Source of the DNA: Mycobacteriales bacterium
GTDB lineage: Bacteria; Actinomycetota; Actinomycetes; JALYNC01
Assembly (NCBI GenBank): GCA_038253225.1
Contig: JBBSHH010000004.1
Span: forward strand, 1-50,272
Length of the DNA: 50,272 nt
Direction: 5' to 3'
The position numbers and the translations under genes are program-made. Within the stretch, counting starts at the first letter, position 1. Each line of letters begins with the position of its first letter. Below are positions 9,793 to 19,381 of this stretch, one piece after another. The notes beneath the pieces were generated by a model. It was not told where the DNA came from, did no database searches, and saw only the letters and a list, made by a program, of their open reading frames with translations.

Positions 9793-9842
9793 GTGACGAA
9801 TGTGACAAGTGGTGTAGCAGTGCGTGGTGTGACCGGTGTGAC
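9793..9842 (-). promoter_or_regulatory. Two pairs of 9-bp-phased GTCACA direct repeats (MtrA-box-like) upstream of the LysM transglycosylase gene
   Basis: On the minus strand the region reads GTCACAccgGTCACAcca-N18-GTCACAttcGTCACT, 90-140 nt upstream of the 9703 start. The repeat unit resembles the GTCACAgcg-type direct repeats reported for mycobacterial MtrA. Confidence 0.4.
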
Positions 9843-9877
9843 CTGGCGGGTTCAGCCGGCGCGCCCGGCAACCGCAC

Positions 9878-10741
9878 TCAGCCCGCACCGGGCAGCCGCA
9901 CCTCGACGTGGTCGCTGAGCACCCGGGTCTCGAAGACCGGCTGCGGCGCCGTCGCCGGGCCGTGCACGACGTGGCCGTCGCGGAGCCGGAACGTGCTGGC
10001 GTGCCACGGGCACTGCACGCACAGCTCACCCGAGTCGAGAACCGTCCCCTCGTGCAGGGGTCCGGCGAGGTGGGAGCAGGCGTCCGCGAGGACGTGCACG
10101 TCGGCTCCCCGGCGCAGCACGAACAGCGGTACGACGCCGAGCATCCGCCGAACCGCCTCGCCGTCGGGAAGGTCGGCGAGCGCGCCGATGTCGCTCCAGC
10201 CGGGCGGTACGAGGTGCGGGACATCTTCGGTGTGGTTCGCGCCGGCCCCCTGCCGGTAGGAGAGGTGGCCGCCGAGCAGTCCGCTGAAGGCCACCGCGGC
10301 CAGGCCGGCGAAGCCGAGCAGCTTGCCGCGGGCGTAGCGCCCGTGCGACCGGGCGGCCAGCGAGCCGGCGTACAGGCCGAGGGCCACCACGTTGCTCGCG
10401 GCGTGGACCAGACCGACCCGCTGCTGCTCCGGGTGCAGTTCCGACCAGTCGGTGCTGCCGGTCAGCGCGGCCGGGACCGCGGTCGCGATGCCGGTGCCGA
10501 TGAGCAGGCCGGCGGCCGGACCGGTGCCGGGAACGAGGTCCAGCACCGCCGCCGAGGCCCAGGCCCCGATCGGGACCTGCACCAGCATCGGGTGCAGCGG
10601 GTGACCGAGCCAGACGCCGTGCAGCAGGTCACGCAGCGCCCGCGGCTGGGTCACCCGGTGGGAGAAGCCCGCCACCCTGCGCGCGACGGGGTCGAGGACG
10701 GAGAGGCGCTCGAGGCGTTCGATGGAGTCGAAGGGCTGCAT
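9878..10741 (-). CDS. Membrane protein with DUF2231-like N-terminal domain and C-terminal Rieske [2Fe-2S] domain
   Basis: I took the internal ATG at 10741, because the longer ORF would run through the upstream gene. The membrane domain shows WLGHPLHPMLVQVPIG. The Rieske ligand motifs are CSHLAGPL and CPWHAS. Confidence 0.8.
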   Translation of the reverse strand: MQPFDSIERLERLSVLDPVARRVAGFSHRVTQPRALRDLLHGVWLGHPLHPMLVQVPIGAWASAAVLDLVPGTGPAAGLLIGTGIATAVPAALTGSTDWSELHPEQQRVGLVHAASNVVALGLYAGSLAARSHGRYARGKLLGFAGLAAVAFSGLLGGHLSYRQGAGANHTEDVPHLVPPGWSDIGALADLPDGEAVRRMLGVVPLFVLRRGADVHVLADACSHLAGPLHEGTVLDSGELCVQCPWHASTFRLRDGHVVHGPATAPQPVFETRVLSDHVEVRLPGAG

Positions 10742-10800
10742 GCCGCCCAGCCTGCCACTCACCGGACCGGACCGGAAACCCGCAGCGCAGCTAGAGAACC

Positions 10801-11727
10801 TCAGCCGGCCTGCCAGCTGGGGTCCGTCACCTGACCGGCGAAGTCGCAGTACTGCATGCTCGCGGTGACGCTCGAGATGCAGCTGCCACCCGCGCCGCTG
10901 GGGGTGTCCCAGGTGATCGCGTAGTCCGTGCTGTCCGGGCTGGCGGTGACGGCGAAGTAGCCGCCGAGGCAGTTGGAACCGGTGCAGTCGACCTGGTTGG
11001 TCATCGCCTGGCGGGGCGCTCCGGTGAGGCCCGAGACCATGACGTTGCGGACCGTGTGGGTGCACTGCCCGGCGGCGACGCAGCCCGCGACGAACACCAC
11101 GTGCTGCCCGTCCGGCATCCAGTCCGCGCTGGCGACCGTGTCGGCCGGGTCGATGACCCCGTCAGCGGTGACCTGCCGGATGGTGCGGCTGCGGACGGTG
11201 ACTGTGAGCACGCTGTGCCGGCCGGCGCAGGCCCGCTGGAAGAGCACCACGCCGGCGGTGGGGGACCAGCGGGGCTCGGTGTCCGCGCAGCCGGTCGGCG
11301 GGGTCGTGAGCGCGACCGCGGTGCCCCCGGTTGCGGGGACCCGGTAGATCGTCCCGCCCCGGGTGAACGCGAGCGAGCGACCGTTGGCGGACCAGGTGGG
11401 GCGGTAGCCCGCGGTCACGCTTCGGACCGGACTGCCGTCCGCCGCCATGATGCGGATGGTGCCGCCGGAGTTGTAGGCGATCTGGGTGCCGTCGGGGGAC
11501 CACGCCGCCTTGCCGCTCTGCCCGTCGGTCGTCAGCTGGGTCGGCCCGGTGTCCCCGGGGCTCTCGGTCCAGATGTCCGGGGCGCCGGTGAACCCGTCGT
11601 ACAGCGTGAACGCGATCATGCCGTTGGCACCGGGGCTGCTCGCGCTCGCGGTGCTGCCGAGAGCGGCTGCCGCGGCGATGGACACCGCCGCGACGGTGAG
11701 CAGGCGTGACATGAGTCCGTGCGTCAT
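10801..11727 (-). CDS. Secreted TolB-like beta-propeller repeat protein with Cys-rich C-terminus
   Basis: A signal peptide follows the internal Met (MTHGLMSRLLTVAAVSIAAAAALGSTASA). PD40/TolB-type repeats are visible (AAWSPDGTQIAYNSGGTIRIM, PTWSANGRSLAFTRGGTIYRV, PRWSP). The start codon is uncertain (11727 or 11712). Confidence 0.65.
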   Translation of the reverse strand: MTHGLMSRLLTVAAVSIAAAAALGSTASASSPGANGMIAFTLYDGFTGAPDIWTESPGDTGPTQLTTDGQSGKAAWSPDGTQIAYNSGGTIRIMAADGSPVRSVTAGYRPTWSANGRSLAFTRGGTIYRVPATGGTAVALTTPPTGCADTEPRWSPTAGVVLFQRACAGRHSVLTVTVRSRTIRQVTADGVIDPADTVASADWMPDGQHVVFVAGCVAAGQCTHTVRNVMVSGLTGAPRQAMTNQVDCTGSNCLGGYFAVTASPDSTDYAITWDTPSGAGGSCISSVTASMQYCDFAGQVTDPSWQAG

Positions 11728-11896
11728 GGGACCCCCGGAAGGTGTCGGAGTGGATGCCTCCCAGTCTCGGCAGGCGACGCCCGACATGCACTCATGCGAA
11801 CGTCCCGATCGTGTCTAGGTAGCATATTGTGACTGGTCAGATACGGCCAGTAGGGGGTCGTGCAGCGTCCACGGGTCTGCCTGGGTGCCGCGCGGC

Positions 11897-12922
<1,026 letters not shown>

Positions 12923-12926
<4 letters not shown>

Positions 12927-14071
12927 CGAGGCGCTCCGGCGGCCGCGAAACGGCGCGGGTCGAAGGGGGCGACGACCGGCGGGGTGTTGCCGCTGGTCAG
13001 CATCGCGGTCACCGCCTCCGCGGTGACCGGGACGAGCAGGATGCCGTTGCGGTAGTGACCGGTCGCGAGCAGCAGGCCCTCGAGGTCGGTCCGGCCGATC
13101 AGCGGGGCGTTGTCCGGCGTACCCGGACGGAGCCCGGCGGTCGACTCCACCAGCGCCAGCTCGGACAGGCCGGGCAGCAACGCCTGCGCGTCGCGGAGCA
13201 GCTCGTACACGCCCCCCACGGTCACGGTGGTGTCGAAGCCCTGCTCCTCGACGCTGGCCCCGACGACCAGCTCGCCGTCGGCACGCGGCACCAGGTAGAC
13301 GTGGCCACCGGCCACCACCCCCCGCACGGTCCGGCGCGGCCCTGCGGCGCCGCCGGGACCCGGAGCCAGCCGCAGGATCTGGCCCTTGACCGGGCGGACC
13401 GGCGGCAGCAGGCCGGGCGGGATGCCGGCCAGCGAGCCCGACCAGCAGCCGGCCGCGAGGACAACCGTGTCGGCGGCGACGGTCGAGCCGTCCGCGAGCC
13501 GGACCCCGCGGACCCGGACGGCGTCGACGACCAGCTCGACCGCCCGGGACCGGCGTACGACGACGCCCGCCCGCTCCGCGGCGGCCAGCAGCGCCGCCGC
13601 GAGCCGCCGGTTGTCGACCGAATGGTCGCCGGCGACGAACAGGCCGCCGCGCACCGACGGGGACAGCAGCGGCTCCAGCAGCCGGCAGTCCCGGCTGGTC
13701 AATAGCTCGGTCCGCAGCCCCAGCCGGGTCTGGAAGGCGTGCAGCTCGGCCAGCACAGCCCGGTCGCCGGCGTCGAGGGCGACCGCGAGCGTGCCCTCGG
13801 TGCGGTAGCCCACCGTCACGCCGGCCGCCGCCTCGAGTTCGGCCACGAACGTCGGGTAGCGGGCGGCGGAGGCGAGGTTCAGCGCGAGCAGCCGCTCCTC
13901 GCCGTAGTGCACCTCGGTGACCGGCGCCAGCATGCCGGCGGCCGCGTGCGAGGCCCCGCCCGTCGGCGTCGGGTCCAGGACCGCAACGGTGAGGCCGGCG
14001 GCGGCGGCCCGCCAGCCGACCGCCAGCCCGATGACGCCGGCGCCGACGACGACGACGTCGGGGGTGTCCAC
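12923..14071 (-). CDS. thiO: Glycine oxidase ThiO (FAD-dependent)
   Basis: 382-aa ORF with an FAD-binding GxGxxG motif (VVVVGAGVIGLAVG). Its position in a thiO-thiS-thiG operon behind a TPP riboswitch supports the call. Confidence 0.9.
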
Positions 14072-14080
14072 CGGGTGCCT

Positions 14081-14176
14081 CCGCTCCCTGCGCCGGCATT
14101 ACCCGGATCAGGTCTGGACGGTCGGGGGCTCGCAGCCCACCCTCTCAGCCTGGTCCGCACCAGGCTCCCGTGCTCG
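14081..14176 (-). promoter_or_regulatory. TPP (THI-box) riboswitch controlling thiO-thiS-thiG
   Basis: The minus strand reads ACGGGAGCCUGGUGCGGACCAGGCUGAGAGGGUGGGCUGCGAGCCCCCGACCGUCCAGACCUGAUCCGGGUAAUGCCGGCGCAGGGAGCGG. It contains the conserved CUGAGA, ACCUGAUCCGGGUAAUGCCGGCG and CAGGGA elements of the TPP aptamer. It ends directly at the GGAGG Shine-Dalgarno of thiO. Confidence 0.9.
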
Positions 14177-14266
14177 CCTGCAGTCTAGGGGCCGGCGCCG
14201 GCGGACGCGGCCCGCGGCGACGGGTCGCCCAGGCACGGACGGCGCAACGTCACTAGCCTCGGTGCC

Positions 14267-15274
14267 GTGACCGCCGCGGAGCTCGACGCCCGGCCGGTGC
14301 GCTGGGGGTTCATCGGCGCCGGTTCGATCGCGCGCACCGCGCTGGCCCCGGCCGTGACCGCCGCCACCGGCGCGGTGCTGCACGCGGCGGCCGCGCGGGA
14401 CCGGGGCCGCGCAGCCGCCCTGCCGGGCCTCGTCGGTCCGGCGTACGGCTCCTATGCGGAGCTCGTCGCCGACCCCGACGTCGAGGCGGTGTACATCTCG
14501 CTCGCCAACGACGCGCACCTGCCGTGGTCGCTGGCCTGCCTGCGGGCCGGCAAGCCGGTGCTGTGCGAGAAGCCGCTGGGGCTCACCGCCGCGCAGGTCG
14601 AGGAGATGGCCGCGGCGGCCGCGGCGGCCCGGGTTCCGCTGGTGGAGGCGTCCTGGTACCGCTGGTCCCCGCGGGTCCGGCTGGCGCAGCGGCTGCTCGC
14701 CGACGGCGCGGTCGGTGCGGTGCGGCACGCCGCCGCCGGGTTCACGTTCGACGGCGTGAGCCCCGGCAACTACCGTCTCGACCCCGCCAAGGGCGGCGGT
14801 GCGCTCTACGACGTCGGTTGCTACGCCGTCTCCGCGGTGCTGTGGGCCTTCGGTGGGGCGCCGGCCACCGAGGTCGCCGCCCGCTCGGACCTCGCGCCGT
14901 CCGGCGTCGACCTCGGCACCGAGGCGGTGGTGTCCTTTGCCGGCGGCGGCGATGCCGAGATCCGGGCCGGCATCTCCGAGACCGGCGGGCAGTGGCTGGT
15001 CGTCACCGGTGCCGACGGGGAGATCGAGCTGCCCGGCGCGGCGTACACCGCCCGCGAGGACACCGAGCTGTGGCTCTCGCAGGGACGGGGATCCGAGCGG
15101 ATCCCGGTCCCGGCCGCCGACCCCTACCGGCTGATGGTCGAGGAGTTCTCCTCGGTGCTGCGGGGCGGACCCGGCTGGCTGCTGCCACTGGCCGAGTCCC
15201 GGGCGACCGCGGCGGTGCTCGACGCGGCGTTCGCCTCCGCCGGCGCGGGCGGCCAGCCGGTGCCGGTGCGGTGA
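14267..15274 (+). CDS. Gfo/Idh/MocA family oxidoreductase
   Basis: 335-aa ORF starting with GTG, with a Rossmann motif (VRWGFIGAGSIA) and an EKP motif (LCEKPLG). Confidence 0.8.
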   Translation: MTAAELDARPVRWGFIGAGSIARTALAPAVTAATGAVLHAAAARDRGRAAALPGLVGPAYGSYAELVADPDVEAVYISLANDAHLPWSLACLRAGKPVLCEKPLGLTAAQVEEMAAAAAAARVPLVEASWYRWSPRVRLAQRLLADGAVGAVRHAAAGFTFDGVSPGNYRLDPAKGGGALYDVGCYAVSAVLWAFGGAPATEVAARSDLAPSGVDLGTEAVVSFAGGGDAEIRAGISETGGQWLVVTGADGEIELPGAAYTAREDTELWLSQGRGSERIPVPAADPYRLMVEEFSSVLRGGPGWLLPLAESRATAAVLDAAFASAGAGGQPVPVR

Positions 15275-15328
15275 GGTGAGGGACCGGGCGCCCGTGCGGG
15301 CGGTCGATGCTGTGACAGCCTGTCTCGA

Positions 15329-15685
15329 GTGAGCGACGACACCGAGACGTTGATCGACCGGTGGCTGGCGGTGCCCGACGCGGCGGAGTTGCTGGGTGAG
15401 TCGGTGCCCAAGGTCCGCCAGCTGCTTCGCGACGGTCAGCTGCTCGCCGTCCGGCGGGGTGATCCGCCCACCCTGCAGATCCCCGCCGACTTCATCGTCC
15501 CGGGCGGCCTGCTCAAGGGACTGACCGGCCTGGTCACGCTGCTGCGCGACCAGGCCTACGACGACGAGGCGGCGCTGCGGTGGCTGTTCACGGCAGACGA
15601 CACGCTGCCCGGCACGCCGGTCCAGGCGCTGCAGGAGAACCGCGGCACCGAGGTCAAGCGGCGCGCGCAGGCGCTCGGCTTCTGA
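15329..15685 (+). CDS. Rv2175c-like winged-HTH DNA-binding protein
   Basis: 118-aa ORF starting with GTG. It aligns by eye with mycobacterial Rv2175c (AELLGxxVxKVRQLLREGxLLAVRR ... LRWLFTxD ... VKRRAQAL). Confidence 0.8.
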   Translation: MSDDTETLIDRWLAVPDAAELLGESVPKVRQLLRDGQLLAVRRGDPPTLQIPADFIVPGGLLKGLTGLVTLLRDQAYDDEAALRWLFTADDTLPGTPVQALQENRGTEVKRRAQALGF

Positions 15686-15709
15686 GGCCGCTCACCTACG
15701 CTGGCCGGC

Positions 15710-16387
15710 ATGGCTGACGGCACGGCTGACGGCACGGCCCCGGGCGGGGCCGACCGCCGTTCCCGGCTCGCCGACGCCCGGCTGTATCTGTGCACCGACG
15801 CCCGGCGGGACCGCGGCGACCTGAGCGACTTCCTCGACGCGGTGCTGGCGGCCGGCGTCGACATCGTCCAGCTGCGCGAGAAGAACCTCGAGGCCCGTAC
15901 CGAGATCGCGCTCGCCGAGGTGTTCAGCGCCGCCGCGGCCCGCCACGGCCGGCTGTTCGCCATGAACGACCGGGCCGACGTCGCCTACGCCGCCCGTCCC
16001 GACATCCTGCACCTGGGCCAGGACGACCTGCCGGTGCCGGTGGCCCGGGAGATCCTCGGGGCGGAGATCCTGCTGGGCCGCTCCACGCATGCGGCCGCCG
16101 AGGTCGCCGCGGCGGCCGGCGAGGCCGGGGCCGACTACTTCTGCGTGGGCCCGACCTGGCCCACCCCGACCAAGCCGGGCCGGCCGGCGCCGGGGCTCGG
16201 GCTGACGTCGTACGCCGCCGGCCTCGACCAGCCGCGCCCCTGGTTCGCGATCGGGGGCGTCGACCTGGACAACCTCGACCGGGTACTGGCCGCCGGCGCG
16301 CGTCGGGTGGTGGTGGTCCGGGCGATCACCGAGGCGCCCGACCCGGCCGCGGCGACCCGCGCCTTCGCGGCGCGGCTGCGGGCATGA
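15710..16387 (+). CDS. thiE: Thiamine-phosphate synthase
   Basis: 225-aa ORF with ThiE motifs ([40 protein letters not shown]). Confidence 0.9.
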   Translation: MADGTADGTAPGGADRRSRLADARLYLCTDARRDRGDLSDFLDAVLAAGVDIVQLREKNLEARTEIALAEVFSAAAARHGRLFAMNDRADVAYAARPDILHLGQDDLPVPVAREILGAEILLGRSTHAAAEVAAAAGEAGADYFCVGPTWPTPTKPGRPAPGLGLTSYAAGLDQPRPWFAIGGVDLDNLDRVLAAGARRVVVVRAITEAPDPAAATRAFAARLRA

Positions 16388-16713
16388 GGTTCCTCTACCT
16401 GGGGCTGCTGGCCGGCTGCCTGCTCGGCACGCTGCCGTTGGAGATCGTCCTGCACACCCGGGTGTACGCGCGGACCGGGCGCTGGCTGCTGGCGGTGCTG
16501 CCGGTGTTCGTCGTGTTCTGCGGCTGGGACGTGGCGGGGATCGCCGCCGGCCACTGGCGCTACGACGCGCGACAGACGGTCGGTGTCACGCTGCCGGGGC
16601 GACTGCCGCTGGAGGAGGTGCTGTTCTTCCTCGTCGTGCCGACCTGCGCGATCCTGACCCTGGAGGCTGTGCGGGCCGCCCGCGGCTGGCGCGCCGGTGA
16701 CGAGCCGGAGTGA
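16384..16713 (+). CDS. crtYc: Lycopene cyclase domain protein, subunit 1 of a heterodimeric cyclase (CrtYc-like)
   Basis: This is the last 109 codons of ORF 15790..16713. It is a small three-TM protein with the PLEE(V/L)LFF motif of the lycopene-cyclase domain. Its ATG overlaps the thiE stop (ATGA). Confidence 0.8.
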   Translation: MRFLYLGLLAGCLLGTLPLEIVLHTRVYARTGRWLLAVLPVFVVFCGWDVAGIAAGHWRYDARQTVGVTLPGRLPLEEVLFFLVVPTCAILTLEAVRAARGWRAGDEPE

Positions 16714-17078
16714 GCTACACCGCCGCGGCGGTGCTCGGGGTGGCCGGGACCGTCCTGCTCGACCTCGTGGTGCTGCGCACCGCACTGCTGCGCCGGCGGG
16801 TGTTCTGGGTCTCCTACGCGATCCTGCTGTTCTTCCAGCTCGTCATCAACGGGGTGCTGACCTGTCGGCACGTCGTCAGCTACGACTCCGGCGCGATCCT
16901 CGGGCCCCGGATCGCCTGCGCGCCGGTGGAGGACCTGCTGTTCGGGTTCGCGCTGGTCACCCAGACGCTGGTGTGGTGGGTCTGGCTGGGCCGGCGGGCG
17001 GTCCGGCGGGCGGCAGCACCGCGGCGACCGACCGGAGGCGACCCGGCACCGCCGGCAGGCCGATCGCGCCCGAGCTGA
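16710..17078 (+). CDS. crtYd: Lycopene cyclase domain protein, subunit 2 (CrtYd-like)
   Basis: 122-aa ORF whose GTG start overlaps the upstream stop (GTGA). It is a membrane protein with a second cyclase-domain motif (APVEDLLFGFALV). Confidence 0.75.
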   Translation: MSYTAAAVLGVAGTVLLDLVVLRTALLRRRVFWVSYAILLFFQLVINGVLTCRHVVSYDSGAILGPRIACAPVEDLLFGFALVTQTLVWWVWLGRRAVRRAAAPRRPTGGDPAPPAGRSRPS

Positions 17079-17126
17079 GAAACACCGGGAGCCGCCGGGC
17101 GCACGGATCAGGAGCGGCCGAGTCGG

Positions 17127-18062
17127 TCATCGCAGCGGCCGGCCGGGCGTCCGGCGCGCGGTGGGGCCGCCCCGGCTCCGAACGGCTCGGACCAGGGCCG
17201 GTCCGGCGACGGCCGCCCGCGTCAGCGGGCCGACCCGCACCCGCTGGTCGAGGACCCGGTAGTCCGCCCGCTCGATCGCGTCGAGGATGCCGCCGTAGAG
17301 CCCGAACGCGGTCCGGATGCAGTCCTGGCTGGTCGGGTGCAGCAGCCGGATCCCGGGCGCGGCGGCCCGGTAGAGCTCCCTGGTCCGCGCGATCTCGAAG
17401 GCGAGCAGCCGCCGGACCGGGCCGGTCACCACCCCGGCGGCCAGGTCTTCGCGGGTGACGCCGAAGATCTCCAGATCCGCCAGCGGCAGGTAGATCCGGC
17501 CACGCCGCAGGTCCTCGCCGACGTCACGCAGGAAGTTCGACAGCTGGAAGGCCACCCCGAGATCCTGGGCGTAGGGGTACGCCGCGGTGCTGAGCGGCTC
17601 GAGGACCGGCACCATCTGCAGCCCGATGACGGCCGCCGAGCCGTAGACGTAGCCCATCAGGTCCTCGTAGGTCTGGTACTCGGTGACGGTCAGGTCCATC
17701 CGCATGCTCGCGAGGAACGCCTCGAAGTGCTCCAGGGGGATGTTCCAGCGGCGGATCGTGTCGTGCACCGCCGGCAGGGTCGCCCCGTCGCTGTCACCGC
17801 GCAGGAATCGCTCGCCCCAGCCGAGGAGCCAGTCGGCCTTCTGCGCGCCGGTCAGCGTGCTGCCGAGGTCGTCGACGATCTCATCGGCGTAGCGGGCGAA
17901 GCCGTAGAGCGCGTGGACGTACGGTCGCTTCTGCACCGGCAGTAGCCTGGTGGCCAGGTAGTAGGTCTTGCCGTGCGCCGCGTTGAGCCGCCGGCACGCC
18001 TCGTACGACGCTCGCAGCACCGGGTCGAAGATCCCGGCGGCGTCGAGTTCCCGACCGCTCAT
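17127..18062 (-). CDS. crtB: Phytoene synthase
   Basis: 311-aa ORF of the squalene/phytoene synthase family (YLATRLLP, LYGFARYADEIVDD, YVYGSAAVIGLQM, NFLRDVGEDLRRGRIYLP). Confidence 0.9.
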   Translation of the reverse strand: MSGRELDAAGIFDPVLRASYEACRRLNAAHGKTYYLATRLLPVQKRPYVHALYGFARYADEIVDDLGSTLTGAQKADWLLGWGERFLRGDSDGATLPAVHDTIRRWNIPLEHFEAFLASMRMDLTVTEYQTYEDLMGYVYGSAAVIGLQMVPVLEPLSTAAYPYAQDLGVAFQLSNFLRDVGEDLRRGRIYLPLADLEIFGVTREDLAAGVVTGPVRRLLAFEIARTRELYRAAAPGIRLLHPTSQDCIRTAFGLYGGILDAIERADYRVLDQRVRVGPLTRAAVAGPALVRAVRSRGGPTARRTPGRPLR

Positions 18063-18107
18063 CGCCGGTCAGTGTGCCAGGGCCGGCGGCCCCGATCCCG
18101 CCGCGGA

Positions 18108-18231
18108 GAGTTCGACACACAATTCGACCAGGATGACCGCGGGCGGCCGCGGCTGGCTGTCGGACACGACCGTCCGCTTCGGGGAACACGTGCCGCGACG
18201 GGCCGCTCGGCGGGGATTGTGTGTCGGACTC
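18108..18231. repeat. 124-bp element bounded by 16-bp inverted repeats (GAGTTCGACACACAAT ... ATTGTGTGTCGGACTC)
   Basis: The terminal 16-mers are 15/16 complementary and are separated by 92 bp. The element lies between the crtB start and the DUF559 gene. A second copy with the same termini lies at 19239-19353. Confidence 0.6.
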
Positions 18232-18335
18232 CCCGCCGCCGTACCGTCGTGCCAGCACGCTCGTCGGCGTTCGCGTCATCCACAGCCGCCGGACAAGCTC
18301 CGCCCCGACGGCGCGTGCTGCGGCACCGTCTGCCC

Positions 18336-19238
18336 ATGGATCTGGGCGTCGCGGTCGCGCTGGCCGGCGGCGCGCGCGACGGTGTGGTGAGCTGGTCGGA
18401 GCTGCGCTCGGCGGGGTTGTCGTCCGCCGCGCTGAGTCGGGCGCTGGCGGCCGGAGAGTTGGTGCGGCTGCACCGCGGCGTCTACGCACACGCACCAGCG
18501 GTCGGACTGGCCGCCGTCGCGGCGGCGGTGTTGAGCCTCGCCGCCACCGCCAGCCATGACTCGGCGGCGCAGCTGTGGGATCTGCCGCTGGCCCACGCCC
18601 CCGAGATCCACGTCACCGTCGACAGAGACCGTTCTCGAGCGCGTGCCGCCGGCGTCCGGGTGCACCGGCTGGGGCTGGCGTCCACGGATGTCGAGGAGCG
18701 TTTCGGCGTACGGGTCACGACGGTGCAGCGCACGGTTCTCGACTGCGCCCGGTCACTGCCGCTGCGCCACGGGGTCGTGGTCGCCGACGCCGCGATCCGG
18801 GCCGGACACCTCAGCGCCGCCGAGCTCGTGTCCGCCGCCGCCGCCGCCCGGGGTCCCGGAGCGAGCCGGGTGCGTCGGGTGGCGGCGCTGGCGGACGGTT
18901 CGGCGGAGTCCCCCCTCGAGTCGCTGCTGCGAGTGCTGCTCGTCACCGCCGGGCTGTCGCCGTCACACACCCAGTTCCAGGTCCGGGACGGCGTCGGCCG
19001 CCTGGTGGCGGTGGCCGACTTCTGCTACCTCGACCGGCGGCTGCTCGTGGAGGCGGACGGTTTCGAGTTCCATCGGCAGCGGCGGGACTACCGCGCCGAC
19101 CGGCGGAAGGCCAACGCCTGCACCGGCCTCGGCTGGCGGCTGCTGCGCTTCAGCTGGGAGGACGTGCTCTTCGACGAGGCGTACGTTATCGCGACGGTCG
19201 GTGCGGAGCTGCGCAAGCCGCTGCCGGTCGCCGGCTGA
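18336..19238 (+). CDS. DUF559 (endonuclease-like) domain protein with an AbiEi-type N-terminal HTH
   Basis: I used the internal ATG at 18336, because the track start at 17973 would overlap crtB. The N-terminus reads GVVSWSELRSAGLSSAALSRALAAGELVRLHRGVYA. The C-terminus shows the DUF559 signature (LLVEADGFEFHRQRRDYRADRRKANACTGLGWRLLRFSWEDV). Confidence 0.8.
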   Translation: MDLGVAVALAGGARDGVVSWSELRSAGLSSAALSRALAAGELVRLHRGVYAHAPAVGLAAVAAAVLSLAATASHDSAAQLWDLPLAHAPEIHVTVDRDRSRARAAGVRVHRLGLASTDVEERFGVRVTTVQRTVLDCARSLPLRHGVVVADAAIRAGHLSAAELVSAAAAARGPGASRVRRVAALADGSAESPLESLLRVLLVTAGLSPSHTQFQVRDGVGRLVAVADFCYLDRRLLVEADGFEFHRQRRDYRADRRKANACTGLGWRLLRFSWEDVLFDEAYVIATVGAELRKPLPVAG

Positions 19239-19353
19239 GAATCCGACACACAATCAGGGCGGTCACCGTCCCGCGACCCCACGACAGCGGCGCGGTCCCC
19301 GCGGGCAGCACACGTCGATGACTGCCCGGGCGACGCCATGGTGTGTCGAAGTC
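19239..19353. repeat. 115-bp element bounded by 16-bp inverted repeats (GAATCCGACACACAAT ... ATGGTGTGTCGAAGTC)
   Basis: It starts 1 nt after the DUF559 stop and lies between two convergent genes. The termini share the core YCGACACACMAT with the element at 18108-18231. The interiors look only loosely similar by eye. Confidence 0.55.
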
Positions 19354-19381
19354 TCCGGAGCCGGTCGGGGTGCGGTAGCCG

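Noticed and set aside
9704-9877. A possible c-di-AMP (ydaO-type) riboswitch, which often precedes actinobacterial cell-wall hydrolase genes. Also considered: the alternative that this stretch is coding (the ORF-track start is at 9877).
   Set aside because: I could not find the conserved ydaO elements in the minus-strand read. As coding sequence it gives a His/Ser/Arg-rich peptide with no signal peptide, whereas the ATG at 9703 has a strong Shine-Dalgarno and a signal sequence. The GTCACA repeats explain the region better.
17973-18335. The N-terminal 121 codons of the 421-aa ORF containing the DUF559 gene.
   Set aside because: They overlap the crtB start on the opposite strand and contain one of the inverted-repeat elements. 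Domain homology begins at the ATG at 18336.
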